IMG/VR virus record: IMGVR_UViG_3300032007_000084
Span: 1,565 to 65,564 of that record
Strand: one strand, 5' to 3'
Length of the DNA stretch: 64,000 nt
Source of the DNA: a virus
Lineage: Duplodnaviria > Caudoviricetes
This document shows, piece after piece, positions 32,101 to 38,072 of the stretch. The notes beneath the pieces were generated by a model, which was given only the letters and a program-made list of their open reading frames with translations, had not been told where the DNA came from and ran no database searches. The translations under genes and the position numbers were made by a program. Position 1 is the stretch's first letter. Each line of letters begins with the position of its first letter.

Positions 32101-32807
32101 GAAATTTGACAAAGATGGAAATTCCACCGGAGTTGAAGATTGATGGAACGGAAACCTCTGATGAGATTAAGTATCATAAGCAAGGGGAACAGATTCGTCT
32201 CTATGCGAAGATGCATGATGTGGAGCAAAAGACGAATGAATCTGTTACCAAAGCGGCAGATGCAAAGATCGAAGAAGTTTCTCAGAATATGGAGAAAGCA
32301 GTTTCTCAGGAAACAGCAGCAAAAACTTCTCCTGAGGTGAAGAATGCTCCATTGTCTCCTGAGACGATGAATGGAAATAACACTGTAACTGCTACCGGTA
32401 CAACTGCTGCGAGCAATGTACTTGGCAATGCATCAAGGGTCGATCGTTATATTGCAGAGAATAGTGCTGCAACCATGGATGCTCTGATTAATGAAGTTCA
32501 GAAATTGGATATCCATAGTGAAATGAATACGTTGATTGGATGCATGAATACCTTGATCAAAAATCAGGTAGAAGGTGCAAAGATCATTAGTAAAGCTTCC
32601 TCATCCAACGGAAACGCTGGTTCTGGGATGGCAGATGAAGCCTTAAGGGCGATGAGTAAGAATGTTCAGAATAACCGTTCGATTGCTCCTCCTCCGGCAC
32701 AAGGCCATGGAGGAAATAAGACGAATATTAGTAAAGGAAATGATCCATCGGCAACTCATCAGAAAGCCATGCAAATGGCAATGGGTGGTCAGATGGCAGC
32801 AGGCTGA
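17199..32807 (+). CDS. giant tape-measure / virion-associated multi-enzyme lysin (~5,200 aa)
   Basis: AAGGAG RBS before ATG 17199. Long helical and Gly-rich hydrophobic regions. C39-like peptidase (YTQND..GCGPT, ~26961-27478), phage tail lysozyme (GIAGNIMQES..GLVQW, ~27759-28125), M15-like peptidase (SHANGWKAD..DHFD, ~28280-28565) and GH73-like glucosaminidase (AQMQHETG..NYSGMK..GGYY, ~28881-29228). Confidence 0.85.
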   Translation: MARKRGGSWVANFGRSVAFGLGNAAMDNMTTVRSLKDDNEEFMKNVYETMKDIKNLQSTIIDKYYDSSEDAKEVKDALKDLKENGSKGFKNFLKNGTIGLSDEEREKNEMKAFGMEDMDFDLGDLDSGEDDLEKALAGVDEDEDLMTPMEKKTSDIGNAQLKAVNDNTRAEVAIGQRTANAIENVAKVTTNQTEILAGGIAAGNKLQANIAESNAALQTALSNRVVTGLGTLNETANKLVAFNTDIMGRQIDASMKFYTDSLTELQKISSILERAFPEDKGREQRESAYSESGLDMGRLNINGYLKQVRRNFDDTTAGMMISQFADPQTIKMFAADPLGVGAEMAFSFMMPAVLEKSMKKFDESISEFIPALIGKITDYGENGEGPLTWLAKLFGVPLPSSKINVRNYEKGPVPFDGITHRTINQVIPRYLSEIVGLLGGERMMYDYNEARFKTNEEIKKDVDREKESDVHMAMDFDTMEKYRSEFKKLRHYGEGEKGRKQDEQNDKDLERIFKAIAMSGENTIDVKNIGKYLEGKDIGAEAKAIFQAITNRMDYMDKYHLMNAPKKFAQYQYDRYGRRGKTDYKYDYMADNFDRRRSEDSFHMSDEESYELQKLIKEEQRSKQYKTEMTTQQKKRLKELRKKEEEIENGTYRIDEKPQEVQKQVSTIDKILETNNQSLNEIKSIHELLSNMVTSGLKVIPMGSIPGYGSGRRQRRRRNRGNANVPPIPPAPEQNPSTNEANNSEVLTTEENPYNAPKGFDSEGRITIKQDDSNDIEELLENALEEGLNKSGVNQDWVSDFQDKLDEIASNEKDKEEEKKEAEQEKKEEEGREENFLDRFMQMLHSPIQTVAVFMDKVSAGLYNLFFDTEGNKDSIVKTLKSSFDDLVKGIKDTLHEEFFNPLKNFVYKDIMEGGLRNSVNNTITKVRNFFTDAFEEDYEEEKPTVRNVKGENAENAPTAAFGRILSFAFGGKITDAELTEKRKMAAKSAKNGGPWVRINQTKKVKINGRDVILHKGEYYNPKTSEVIPTSNDEGNLRSDQKEEYRYADGDGLNEYIKKYMKENGFDKNDGFNPNNQNQKVANNIEKIAENTKQTTEAVDKQTNKIDQQKKEEKKEAQEKKTPNSIKENVKSLFGEIKDDLSMYIFGKNTDKYGKQKPLVNQIQDMFAVGTKKFNNFFFGQTEYDSKESMDQYKESFKKSLPKGIARGLVFGGGLTAISAAGGFGLLGSLFLPGGPIGSVILGMGIGLLSENRKLKDWLFGPADENGNRKQGGVVPKSFINFFQRNKKTIIGAGAFGTLQGITGISVIGSLLSLLPGGMGGAIGFLPGLGVSIIGPTVFSIAAAMAFKSNRVQNILFGKPDEKTGKRIGGVLQSESAKTLRKQLPSIVTGAAIGAGSSLVLGNMGILGSLALGPWTSAIIGGAIGFGLTSKKFKEALFGKQDKNGNFISGGIVDRMKKFFKVEFYNKFANFLAKQRVEFKKFFQLRLLDLKKIFTPAKLLGKQILEGAKKSIKNVFDMITGQVKSIFSPILKPFQKAFSWLFHTVMDAGSSIANASMSVARGLITAPLKLVTAPFNLLGRHYRKNGTDEQKAAMAEADKKDAEARERIQKQYESEKRIMENANRARDIETDNARKHGYKLSPEELEEKTRKWQAEQEALANSKKQVEMHEQSNEILDAILHRAESIEEELKRNASIDRQVSRQGKVRSTIKTNKRRRNLIQAVQNNKTFNAQTANAGMEFAGKALSGEDRDEASYNAISKMLLRLGRSKKGKKRDKLISRISGLSKKSVYNVLNKMQAKGTDVSSISKIFGHVTSEGKPTSEDEPHAFGFLSDIAGAAKSLFGAKDAVSSALQSAHTKDAIGQGIIEGNKTNNKMKDTATSNRRERRLSTGEIAPASSDQGNNKNAQKREMRNGFADFVEKAFGVTKGVAQSIGTALGAAGGKAKSWVKERKIDKGLTAQGIKEARKEESFRQQLLAALREGRQIMLGGDKKKESLLSDILDMLKGAGVLGAILAALNALSRILSGKFGGNYHDTRVVRDLAQGALQTELGQKAKKTAREKLDKAAKVMKEKMKAARDLINEKGIGKTFMENTMIGRGLNRFVVQPVKKVKNGVQEGYRAVKKGVTNKIDEIALQMKYGPRDLLYDNDKGEMVHKRWNKNYVDPETGKKFGKYIESTDGSLHDIQWMREQEKAAGRAPDQARKDMYKNIRAKAAKLTNPFGIRTKLSEFGGRMYKAGSEPFKKAWNGYTTKSGKQVAGVKKIGRFARDAAKKGAKKAANFSLEATKIAGKLALAGAFSPITAGYFAAKGGKKLINLAENKLPAMIEKGKNEIGKFASWVASSDTVKNAKKGIRSVKKGIGTAKKAISDEVGLIYKEGKENVARRYGAAKKAVGNQIEKVKNLPKKAWNSKVVKKARFNVETTKEILQKRASDKISDISKAVGGYADSVVGWFSRKKKDIVKELDKVTIHGTELTKIPGALAKQAETEAATIFGMVRSGGAQLAQSGPIQAMMSGVRTAASVAVAPFKAVGGMGMELYRSGAHALESIGKAGAEAAEEVGEKAAEAKATFTSFKDMRSKIVKEAKGGLQKFKSLATKAISFITSNETVQKFLGGDGGGKLAEKFKGVLEKVGPKEFASIAKKAATAAAKVAGTAVTLGLSQLAFSAYDAYSGVTDAAEMWGVLPEDCTAGMKTAAAILNVIMGLGPMVYVDLAFEAVYLGTSMLGQSDPINIKREILLMIYECLPDSYDEEEVKGLQDKANSDYENYLMEQYKQMTGATDEQIAGMSAEQKKQAMEQAQQNGAKSKDDYLAEKNDAHTPVMDEIRGTTLGSWLFGSNDENGNYQPGFFSNAKDFLLGNRKKGQKSVFGRVSDALFGTGEEDENGDVDKGIIGTAKDKITGFVTGIGNFFGDIGDFLFKKSMDEKLTMIWKYFIGGNDENGEYQIGVFPKIWGKIKDFGNSVFKFFDDIGKNFDQALNTDTVGNSINPIGRAFSIVANVVRGMLGLDMTQSPIKDSISQFLHMDSFGPFTTFFNWMGDTFDNTIGYMVNEITDKGAIAGTWSIIKSIGQGIWNWIDSGTTGGAIDTVSDAVSDWASGISDTFHNIMGWFTELYDGVSKADTLGAKFDVVKNMLKGLFGVKPDEDFLSTAFGKMQKAIGDAFDTIKQKWNDIKDWWDKFDPKQIFWDAMKKAFPKFTEALDDTKARWEREHSEDKGTGIYSGSGYSRTATIRGAANIMKSYGFNPNASGSGNSEYGTYTQNDSAWGSKRTIANGSMSQVGCGPTTLANGMNSAFGLNMTPMQAASLIQPGDLPVDGSPGVTANYFPEAVNALGGEYIGLDPNNPRSVEAALQSGFTMVAGGKSMDNGTSQAFTAGGHYTMLKGGYTKGGIPYTYSYDPLGGNREKPIALDRVLRDVNREGGPNMIGMIAPKGTDASAFDGVSFNNPMYQYNGFGSGTGDSVDKIGLFTQNFATIMKDYAMAGLLGKPYTGSVLNDGSNHSGSNSSSSTINPGNVSGDYRSIVNGLMQLGFTKVAAAGIAGNIMQESSMDPNADNGSHHGLVQWDHANRWASAVAWCQSHGLDPNSIGGQLAYVAEECKQSGLFNQMNACSSPEEAARLFEAEFERSGGSEVGKRIKYANEAFAQAAGSGLHGGSGLSRVKNIVSRYIGRRSSGTGTDNWAEQTGGVSSDGAQPQTMAMLDDLGAWFKGKTGHKLVVTAITNGSHASGEFSHANGWKADVNDWSGPEGLTGGWILGDGGAEVPGSLAAQFEEYGNSKGVGVNWENDHFDLSAAGDQWADPLHSGGKTGNLGGYNGDGKATPTSGKSSSGSTGGADPWSTFIANIGTIGKDYAMAMLGGKVYQGSQLQTPGSNSGPSGSSGNYGSGTADPDVAKMPYGEAANKVAVKFNMPAKLVYAQMQHETGDFANPGTSFHNYSGMKFDCNNGLGTTDDGYTIFNNDDEWVDYYGKTLANEPGIHEAHDVASWAHALKEGGYYEATESEYANGMNSWMKQNGWAGGSGMGLSATPYGPLTASQAMIKKFDDNEQKRYEELRKKYPNMDFNLRGWRDRDHLGDKGNAIYQSPWQGGIDQIRHAQWSNDGPITMAKTSRIEELTNRYGLKYDDYGNLIGYDGPDYNKIDGTEDQNVKYSKQAQQIALYLEKHPEVANQPSANAIEAPKSTEVPNNVANASVQKNIQKANNLIDESTTFGDWTARMVKKYGLTFDENNNLKELEGNIPDEINNTGVTDLATVYENERKQMILWIQKNPNGKPRTVKDIELAISRGIIKSDDIKRYISQYGIKFDQRLNVQMPDYTIPEEIKITGSEKTEEEIYHKQGLQILDYAQKHGTKLKMRRYGIEDSVWAKQHGYFDANGKPTQQLYGKTAGVDEEGYLVDQNGIRTHAYSQRNGGHYSIDSRGRVHRRGFWSKLFPNLSDAWYRMKDNQAYNKEWNRRRSAGEIPGAVLSYSGSGLANQQYYRDSAAQYGIPNDVVENWVKMDQGISAKWDDFKARVKANGGVLTPELLQEQKALRHENGLIANQIGKERRKYTDGKPSIPSYDTQVQNTVDKMNKAPAYSNMPDAQKKAMAGRTAQVNARIAEAKAKQATPPVVAQKPVAKPVEVAKNDLPTPKTVQEIKAQHNAKLVEMAQKAKITESANTVKKNDITTPMQEAVNTATSSNKKDALSGVDTSGDWTARMVKKYGLNFDENNNLKELGKNIPDEINNTGVNDLNTIYENERKQVMEWIRKNPNGKPKSANEIETAFKRGLINQDTIKKYTEKFGLKFDEALNVSMPDYEVPEEMKITGNEKDENEIYHKQALQIADYAQKHGEKLKMRKYGIEDSVWYKRTHGDVSDYGKTARVDENGNLVDAAGLQTHAYTQRHKGHYTADSRGRVHRRGLLSKLFPNLSDKWYRMKDNQEYNKQYNAKMKEIKQNGIEATVEKDKANKIESDTNTIKSIVSRYKLTPDDFDSYGNLTKMEIPPELKIDGTETSDEIKYHKQGEQIRLYAKMHDVEQKTNESVTKAADAKIEEVSQNMEKAVSQETAAKTSPEVKNAPLSPETMNGNNTVTATGTTAASNVLGNASRVDRYIAENSAATMDALINEVQKLDIHSEMNTLIGCMNTLIKNQVEGAKIISKASSSNGNAGSGMADEALRAMSKNVQNNRSIAPPPAQGHGGNKTNISKGNDPSATHQKAMQMAMGGQMAAG
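29811..31949 (+). repeat. internal ~235-aa duplication (29811-30527 and 31254-31949)
   Basis: Both copies begin GDWTARMVKKYGL and end RVHRRG..SKLFPNLSD.WYRMKDNQ.YNK, with many synonymous differences. Confidence 0.92.
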
Positions 32808-32825
32808 TAGTATAGAAGAAATAAA

Positions 32826-32866
32826 TGAAATGTATACGAAGCACAAGGAGTGCTTCGTATACATTT
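32826..32866 (+). terminator. intrinsic terminator-like hairpin
   Basis: gaaatgtatacgaagcac / gtgcttcgtatacatttc inverted repeat. Confidence 0.75.
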
Positions 32867-32920
32867 CTTCCCTTTTGACATGCATTTAATGTAGAATGAT
32901 AAAGGAGGGTTCAAAAAAAA

Positions 32921-34831
32921 ATGCGTATTGTTACAAAGACCCCAGTAAATGTACGTAAGGGTCCTGGTATGGCATTTGAAGCCGTAAAACAAATCAATGC
33001 AAGAACAGAATTAGACGCATCCGAATTCAAAAAAGATGAAGGAAAAATCGGATGGTATAAAGTTTCTGGATTAGGATGGATTTGCGGTGAATATGTAACA
33101 CTTGCCAAAGATGCAGTAGCAAATGAAAACCATCCAAAAGATATGAATAGTAAACTAAACTTACAGCAATTTGCTAGTGTGGGCCTCGGTGGAAAAACTG
33201 TTGATGTAAGTGGAATTGCAGGAGGAATAGGTTCATCAACACAATCAACGGATCCCTCAAGTGTGCTAACAAGTATTTTTGGAAGTGCTGGAGAAGGTCA
33301 AGGACCTGATATTTTTCTAAGAAAACGTATCTTTGGTGCTCCATATCAATTACGTAATTCAGAAGATATACGTGATTATTCCGCAGGTGATGGAGATCTA
33401 GGTTTAAACTATAAGGAAGCAGTTGGAGAATCTGCTTTTGTAAGTATTCTTCCAGGGCAACCATTATTTCTTCCTGATCTGGATGATGATTCAAGAAAAT
33501 CATATTTCCAAGCGTTTGATAAAATACTCGATCCATTGAAAAGTGATCAAGGAAATATTCTGAATAAAATTACGCAAAATACAGGTCAATCATTACTTGG
33601 ATCAAATGTTGATATGCGATATTTTACATTTCAGCAACGTTATACAAGATTCATGCAATATATGAATACTCTCTGTTGGATGTTTGCAAATTTCCTTGGA
33701 GTTGGAGATTATCCGGTACCAGGAGATGGAACTCCATTTGGGGAATACAACTGGGCAAATTGGCATCTTTCAAATGCATTTGGAAGAACTGCGAATAATG
33801 TTTCAGAATTTTCTGCAACTGGAGGAAATAGTTTAAAGGCCGGTGCTGATGAACTCATGAATGGTACTGCTGATGTATTTAGCAAGATCGGTGCTGTTCT
33901 TCCTTCACTTGGTGAAGGTGAAGATCTTCCAGATCCATCGGCAACTATTTTAGAAAAATTTGATATGACAGATTACTGGACAGATTTCTTCATTAGTCCA
34001 AATATTTCATACAATGAAAGTTTTACGAACCAAACGAAAGAATCCATGCTTGCAAACTTGATGGCTGGTGCATCCGATATGAGTAAGGAAATTTCATTCT
34101 TACTTGCATCAGGTATTCCTGAGGCTGATCGTACAGCAAGCCAGCAAAATGTGCAAAAAATGCTTGACAAAGCAGGAAGCATGCTTGCTGCAAATAGTAA
34201 CGGTGTCCTTGGTCGTATTCTTCATGGAGCATCTACGATTATCAATGGAGCAAATATGGTATTTCCAGAGATTTGGGGATCTTCCAGTTATTCAAGAAGT
34301 TTCAATATTGAAATTTCTTTGAAAACTCCATATGGATGCAGAGATTCTATCTATAAAGATATTATCGTCCCCATGTGTTTCTGGATAGCTCTTACAGCTC
34401 CTCGTCAAAATACGATTAATAGCTATAGCGCACCATTCTTGTGTCAATTCTTTATTCCAGGATTTTGTGCATCTGAAATGGCAATCGTAGAATCACTCAC
34501 AATTACAAAAGGCGGAGATGGGTCAGCTTGGTCTATTGATGGTCTTCCACTAGAAGTAAATCTTTCAATTAGCTTGAAAGATCTCTATAGTAATTTGATG
34601 ATTTCGATTATTAACGATTGCTCTCCTGTGGATGCATATAACTTGCTCTGGAATAATTCTCTCATTGATTATATTGCAGTTGGCTCTGGTATGGATATTC
34701 ATTACTCCGAGTGGCTAACAAAACTTAAAATTGCAGCCATGCTGGAGAAGAATTCTATTACTGGTATTTTCCAGCATGCGAAAGACGAGTTCAACGAAGC
34801 AATTGCTACTACGATTGCATCTGGTCGTTAA
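32921..34831 (+). CDS. tail/baseplate structural protein with N-terminal SH3b domain
   Basis: N-terminus VNVRKGPG...GWYKV...GWICGEYV (SH3b). C-terminus PEIWGSSSYSRSFNIEISL, FCQFFIPG and ITKGGDG.WS.DGLP.EV.LSISLKDLY resemble tube/hub-type folds. Confidence 0.7.
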   Translation: MRIVTKTPVNVRKGPGMAFEAVKQINARTELDASEFKKDEGKIGWYKVSGLGWICGEYVTLAKDAVANENHPKDMNSKLNLQQFASVGLGGKTVDVSGIAGGIGSSTQSTDPSSVLTSIFGSAGEGQGPDIFLRKRIFGAPYQLRNSEDIRDYSAGDGDLGLNYKEAVGESAFVSILPGQPLFLPDLDDDSRKSYFQAFDKILDPLKSDQGNILNKITQNTGQSLLGSNVDMRYFTFQQRYTRFMQYMNTLCWMFANFLGVGDYPVPGDGTPFGEYNWANWHLSNAFGRTANNVSEFSATGGNSLKAGADELMNGTADVFSKIGAVLPSLGEGEDLPDPSATILEKFDMTDYWTDFFISPNISYNESFTNQTKESMLANLMAGASDMSKEISFLLASGIPEADRTASQQNVQKMLDKAGSMLAANSNGVLGRILHGASTIINGANMVFPEIWGSSSYSRSFNIEISLKTPYGCRDSIYKDIIVPMCFWIALTAPRQNTINSYSAPFLCQFFIPGFCASEMAIVESLTITKGGDGSAWSIDGLPLEVNLSISLKDLYSNLMISIINDCSPVDAYNLLWNNSLIDYIAVGSGMDIHYSEWLTKLKIAAMLEKNSITGIFQHAKDEFNEAIATTIASGR

Positions 34832-34927
34832 TATTAAATTCTATATACGAATGGAAAGATTCGTATATAGAATTTAAATTCTTTTTATACTTTATTATAA
34901 TTGAATATTAGCATCATATGAGAGAAG

Positions 34928-35596
34928 GTGAAATTTATTAAGAAGAAGAATTTACGAAGGTATGAAGAATCGTATCAATGGATCTCTCATGATTCTTTTG
35001 AACGAATACAAAATTACTTACATCTTCATCCTTTAAAGACTTCTCAGTTAGAAAAATTGCGCACCGCAATTCAGAAGAATCAAAAGATACGATATAAATA
35101 TCTAAAGATTGTTTTAGATATTATACCAGAATCGACTCCTCGACCTCGTTTAGGTCAGTTTCGATTCTACGTATCGAATAGCCATGATAATAATGCATTT
35201 ACAGAGTTAATGGTAAAATCCAAGAAAGATTTGTATCATTATATTACCACGCCCTGTAAATTCATTGTACATAATTATTTTCCAATTCCCAAGTCCTTTG
35301 GTCGATTAGAAACCATTCTTGCTGAGCTCAACCAAATTGAAATGATTTCTCGACCGGATTGGGATAACCTTGGAAAGACCTATAGTGATATGATCCAGAA
35401 ATGGATCTTAATGGATGATGCTTTGATTATAGATGGAGAATCTCATAAACATTACTCACTTAAGCCACGAGTAGAGATTACCATACAATACCAAGAAACA
35501 TTTAAAAGTAAACGTATGAAACATCAGGTCGAACAATCTACATCCTACTTGAAAGGTGTAGAGTTCTATGAAAATCAAACATCCAAAAAAGAATAA
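34928..35596 (+). CDS. RusA-like Holliday junction resolvase
   Basis: PESTPRPR, RPDWDNLGK and DDALI...K.YS.KPRVEI carry the RusA catalytic aspartates. Confidence 0.8.
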   Translation: MKFIKKKNLRRYEESYQWISHDSFERIQNYLHLHPLKTSQLEKLRTAIQKNQKIRYKYLKIVLDIIPESTPRPRLGQFRFYVSNSHDNNAFTELMVKSKKDLYHYITTPCKFIVHNYFPIPKSFGRLETILAELNQIEMISRPDWDNLGKTYSDMIQKWILMDDALIIDGESHKHYSLKPRVEITIQYQETFKSKRMKHQVEQSTSYLKGVEFYENQTSKKE

Positions 35597-35834
35597 TTTT
35601 AATACCAATGTATCCGTTACCATGGAACGTATTCGTTCACGGATTGGGGATCAATGTAGATGTTCCATGTTTCCAACTTCCATGTCTTTATTTGACATTC
35701 AAGATTGGAAAGCCGTAAAAGAAATTATTAAGGATACGGTGAAAGAAGTATTTGGATGCAAACGAGCATGCAAATATTGTAAGGTGAATCGACTGGAAGG
35801 AAATGCATATATTCGATTCAAACAAGTCATGTGA
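35568..35834 (+). CDS. hypothetical protein
   Basis: 88-aa ORF overlapping the resolvase end, Cys-rich, followed by a terminator. Confidence 0.5.
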   Translation: MKIKHPKKNNFNTNVSVTMERIRSRIGDQCRCSMFPTSMSLFDIQDWKAVKEIIKDTVKEVFGCKRACKYCKVNRLEGNAYIRFKQVM

Positions 35835-35894
35835 TATGATAAAAAAAAGAAGGTATGGAAATTGCTATTTCCATACCTTCTTTTTTTTATAATT

Positions 35895-36410
35895 TTAATA
35901 CATCTCAAATGGAAGGGTTACCAATCCACTCTCCTTACGTTTTTTGTTCACCTCCTCCCACATTTCATGGAATCTTGCAACTCTACGTTGCCTGAAATCC
36001 TTACTGCTTTCACCTGCAATAACTGACAAGCATGTTGTTGCACCCTTAGATGAGATTTTTTCAACTGGTGGGGTTGTTGCCTTATCAAGGAGGAACCAGT
36101 CAAAATTGATATTATGGTGATTTGGGTCGGCCTTTTCTTCTTTCATATCAGTCATTGAACCAATATACATGTACTGAAGCTTCAGTACAACTAAACCTTC
36201 TTTTGGAATGTCAACATCCGCATTGACTTGATTCAAGTGTTTTTCTCGAACATAAAATTTTTTAAAAGAGTATGAATCATACATGATGGAACGTTCCATC
36301 TTTTCGCAGGCTTCATCTGCTTGTTTTTTACTATCAAAAATTCCGATGGTCCTGGAATCTTCTGACCCATCTTGATAGATGTTAGATTCGATGAGAACAT
36401 AAACTTGCAT
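35895..36410 (-). CDS. hypothetical early protein
   Basis: AGGAGG RBS. Early-promoter motif at 36456-36467. Confidence 0.75.
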   Translation of the reverse strand: MQVYVLIESNIYQDGSEDSRTIGIFDSKKQADEACEKMERSIMYDSYSFKKFYVREKHLNQVNADVDIPKEGLVVLKLQYMYIGSMTDMKEEKADPNHHNINFDWFLLDKATTPPVEKISSKGATTCLSVIAGESSKDFRQRRVARFHEMWEEVNKKRKESGLVTLPFEMY

Positions 36411-36534
36411 ATAAAATCCCTCCTAAACTAGTTGAAAACTTCTGTAACTAGAGTAATAATATATATTTTAAAATGAATTATAATGTTTAAGATGGAAGTA
36501 TGGAATAATTGTATTCCATACTTCCACCAATTTT

Positions 36535-38040
36535 TTAAGCAATCCCAAGAAGATAATTCGTTTGCTCACGAAGTTCTTTTGCGGATGGATCAATCAGTTT
36601 CATCGTATAAGCAGCTTCCAGTAACGTATACTGAATGAGTGCTTCCGTCATGATCTGATCTGGATCAATGGGTTTCTCATTCGACGATCCAAGAACCTTC
36701 GGTTCATGAATATGAGAAAGTTCCATATCCGTGATACCATCGCTATTATCCTTCATATATGCATTGAAAACATCCATATTCAACGGATTCTCAATGACAT
36801 ACGAATTATGCTTCGTCATATCCTTCGTAACGCTCGCACCTTCGGTTGCTACTGCGGATTTCATCATATCACGAGCAACAGAGGTAGCAATTGCATACAG
36901 AAGAGATTTCGGTTGCATATTCTTATCATACGTAAAGTCTTCATGAACCGGATCCCAATGATCCATAAGCTCACGAACACTATATCCTTCCAAACCCGTT
37001 TTCGGAAGTTTATCTTTCTTATCTTTCTTTTCATCTTTTTCTTTCTTATCGGATTTCATCTTATCCGAACCATCGGTAAGATCTTTATCCAACTTCTTTT
37101 CTTCCTCTTTCTTAGGTTCTTTCTTTTCTGGTTTCTTCGGTTCAAATTTATGACCTTTGGTTTCTTTATCCGGTTTTCCAGCGTCATCCGGAGCAGATGT
37201 ATCGTCGATGGTATCCAGATCATCTGGCTGGTCACCCGTATCAATTCGGCCGTCATCATCCGTAAGGTCTTCCCCATTGGCATCTTTTCCATCGACCAAT
37301 GTCTTACCAGTGATATCAATCGAATCATCCATATCATTCTTAAGAGCCGTACGGAATTCACGATCTTCTTTTTCTCGTTGATGCTCATCCTTCACAACGT
37401 CAACGACTTTATTCTTGATCAGTTCCGTAAGTTCATCCGATCCAAGCTCATTAATCTTACGCAAAAGATCCTGACGATCTTCATCCGAGATTCCTCCCTT
37501 GACAAGATCCATCGCTTCTTTATCCGTAAGCGTATTAATTACTTTCTTTGCCGTTTTCTTAGAGATATTCTTCTTGACAGCTTCAATGACTTCATAAAGC
37601 TTCTTCAGATACGGACTACCAGTAGCTTCACAACGAGCTTTCAGATAGTTCAATCCACCAAGCTTCCTGCAATACATCTGTGCCATCTTTTCCAAAGCCA
37701 GATAATGTTCTGCAATAAAGTCTTGGTCATGTGGGAGACTACGAATGTAGATGCTTGTAAAAGCCTCTGCAAACAATTGATCTCCAAGATGCTGATCAAG
37801 ATAATTAAGCGCATTCAGCTTCACATCTTCCGATGCAACCTGTGCAAAAGTATTCTCCTGCACCTGCTGACGCTTCTGTTTCTCGATAAACTCTTTTTCC
37901 ACGGCTTTATTGTGAATCCGAGCAGATTCCATTTGAACCTGCTTTTGATCTTGCTCCTGTAACGCAGCAAAATCAATCGGGGAATCCCCAGTTGCATGAA
38001 CCGTTGGATGAACGGTTTTATATGCGTTAAATTTAAACAT
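36535..38040 (-). CDS. probable inner-head/virion protein
   Basis: AGGAGG RBS, late motif at 38057-38068, acidic/lysine-rich low-complexity insert, and GLE-G / ATE-G motifs like jumbo-phage head-protease sites. Confidence 0.6.
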   Translation of the reverse strand: MFKFNAYKTVHPTVHATGDSPIDFAALQEQDQKQVQMESARIHNKAVEKEFIEKQKRQQVQENTFAQVASEDVKLNALNYLDQHLGDQLFAEAFTSIYIRSLPHDQDFIAEHYLALEKMAQMYCRKLGGLNYLKARCEATGSPYLKKLYEVIEAVKKNISKKTAKKVINTLTDKEAMDLVKGGISDEDRQDLLRKINELGSDELTELIKNKVVDVVKDEHQREKEDREFRTALKNDMDDSIDITGKTLVDGKDANGEDLTDDDGRIDTGDQPDDLDTIDDTSAPDDAGKPDKETKGHKFEPKKPEKKEPKKEEEKKLDKDLTDGSDKMKSDKKEKDEKKDKKDKLPKTGLEGYSVRELMDHWDPVHEDFTYDKNMQPKSLLYAIATSVARDMMKSAVATEGASVTKDMTKHNSYVIENPLNMDVFNAYMKDNSDGITDMELSHIHEPKVLGSSNEKPIDPDQIMTEALIQYTLLEAAYTMKLIDPSAKELREQTNYLLGIA

Positions 38041-38072
38041 TAATAATCCTCCTTTTTATCAGGTTGTCAAAA

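Noticed and set aside
29523-32216. CRISPR array or nucleotide tandem repeat
   Set aside because: The repeats are in-frame protein repeats with synonymous divergence. No repeat-spacer array was seen anywhere in the window.
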